A stretch of DNA of 64,000 nt, taken from NCBI GenBank assembly GCA_036172245.1, contig JAYWIR010000009.1, positions 3,534,001 to 3,598,000 on the forward strand, read 5' to 3'. The notes beneath the pieces are model-generated. The model was not told the DNA's origin. It saw nothing but the letters and a program-made list of their open reading frames with translations, and did not search any database. The position numbers and the translations under genes are program-made. This document shows positions 63,464 to 64,000 of this stretch, piece after piece; position 1 is the stretch's first letter; each line of letters starts with the position of its first letter. Source of the DNA: Raillietiella orientalis (taxonomy: Eukaryota).

Positions 63464-63498
63464 CGCTTCTCGGCCTTTTGGCTAAGATCAAAATGTAG
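63464..63498 (+). ncRNA. U2: U2 snRNA 5' fragment (nt 3-37), truncated pseudogene
   Basis: cgcttctcggccttttggctaagatcaaaatgtag matches the U2 5' end ATCGCTTCTCGGCCTTTTGGCTAAGATCAA(A)GTGTAG. Similarity stops after GTAG. Confidence 0.9.
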
Positions 63499-64000
63499 AC
63501 GTCAAAGTGAGAGAAAGTGGCGGCAGGATCATGGCCGCCCCCATGGTTGCTTGTCTCTCGCGATGAGGAGAAAGCGCGCTCCTGTAGAATTCGATGCTGG
63601 TTGTAAATGTAACTCGAATTATAGCCCCGTGATGGGAAGCTATTCCTTCCGAAGCAATTGCTTTTTGGGGATTTCAGGCAAAAAAAAAAAAAAGATGGCG
63701 GTGGTGATCTCCTTGGTTACTTGGTGTTCCGACTTTCCGATCCTATTGTTGGCGCATTCATTGTTGAACAACGCTGGCTCCAATTTACGCTTCCGGTTTT
63801 TGTTTTTTTTTTTGGCTTTTTCCTTTCTGAGGAAAATTGCTCACTGCTGCGCGCCCGACGTTTCCCGAAGAAAAGTTTTCGGGAAGATGCGCAGACACGC
63901 CGCGCTTTCAGACGGTATCTCTGGGTCAGCCCCGCACCAGAAGCATGCCGGAAGGGCCTATTCTCCTTGAGAGCGAACGAGGCTGCTTGGGAGCTCTTCA

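Overview
Eukaryotic, probably arthropod, repeat-dense DNA with no intact host gene that I can support. The ORF track is mostly GC-rich noise or decayed retroelement sequence. The host inference rests on an insect-type U2 fragment, a TTAGG-like insertion and Wolbachia-like fragments. Two element groups dominate. (1) About 12 copies of a ~700-nt SINE-like element ('A') with a tRNA-like head, a body of repeated C(UUCG)G-hairpin modules, an A-rich tail and 10-12 bp TSDs. (2) About 15 5'-truncated L1/Tx1-like LINE relics in several subfamilies (B-E). They carry the GGLG motif and a zf-RVT-type zinc finger, and nearly all end in the same AATAAA + CCCGG-N5-CCGGG hairpin with almost no poly(A). TSD-proven nesting gives an insertion order. 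Stand-out observations: an AT-rich island (~12650-13160) that looks like an in-frame mosaic of very short Wolbachia-like gene pieces (transaldolase N-terminus, EF-Ts core motif); an essentially identical 1.88-kb inverted duplication (20146-22023 / 25923-27800); a 0.5-kb direct duplication; several templated-repair scars; and a U2 snRNA 5' fragment ending at nt 37. Protein-family calls come from remembered motifs and need database confirmation. Boundaries without TSDs are approximate.
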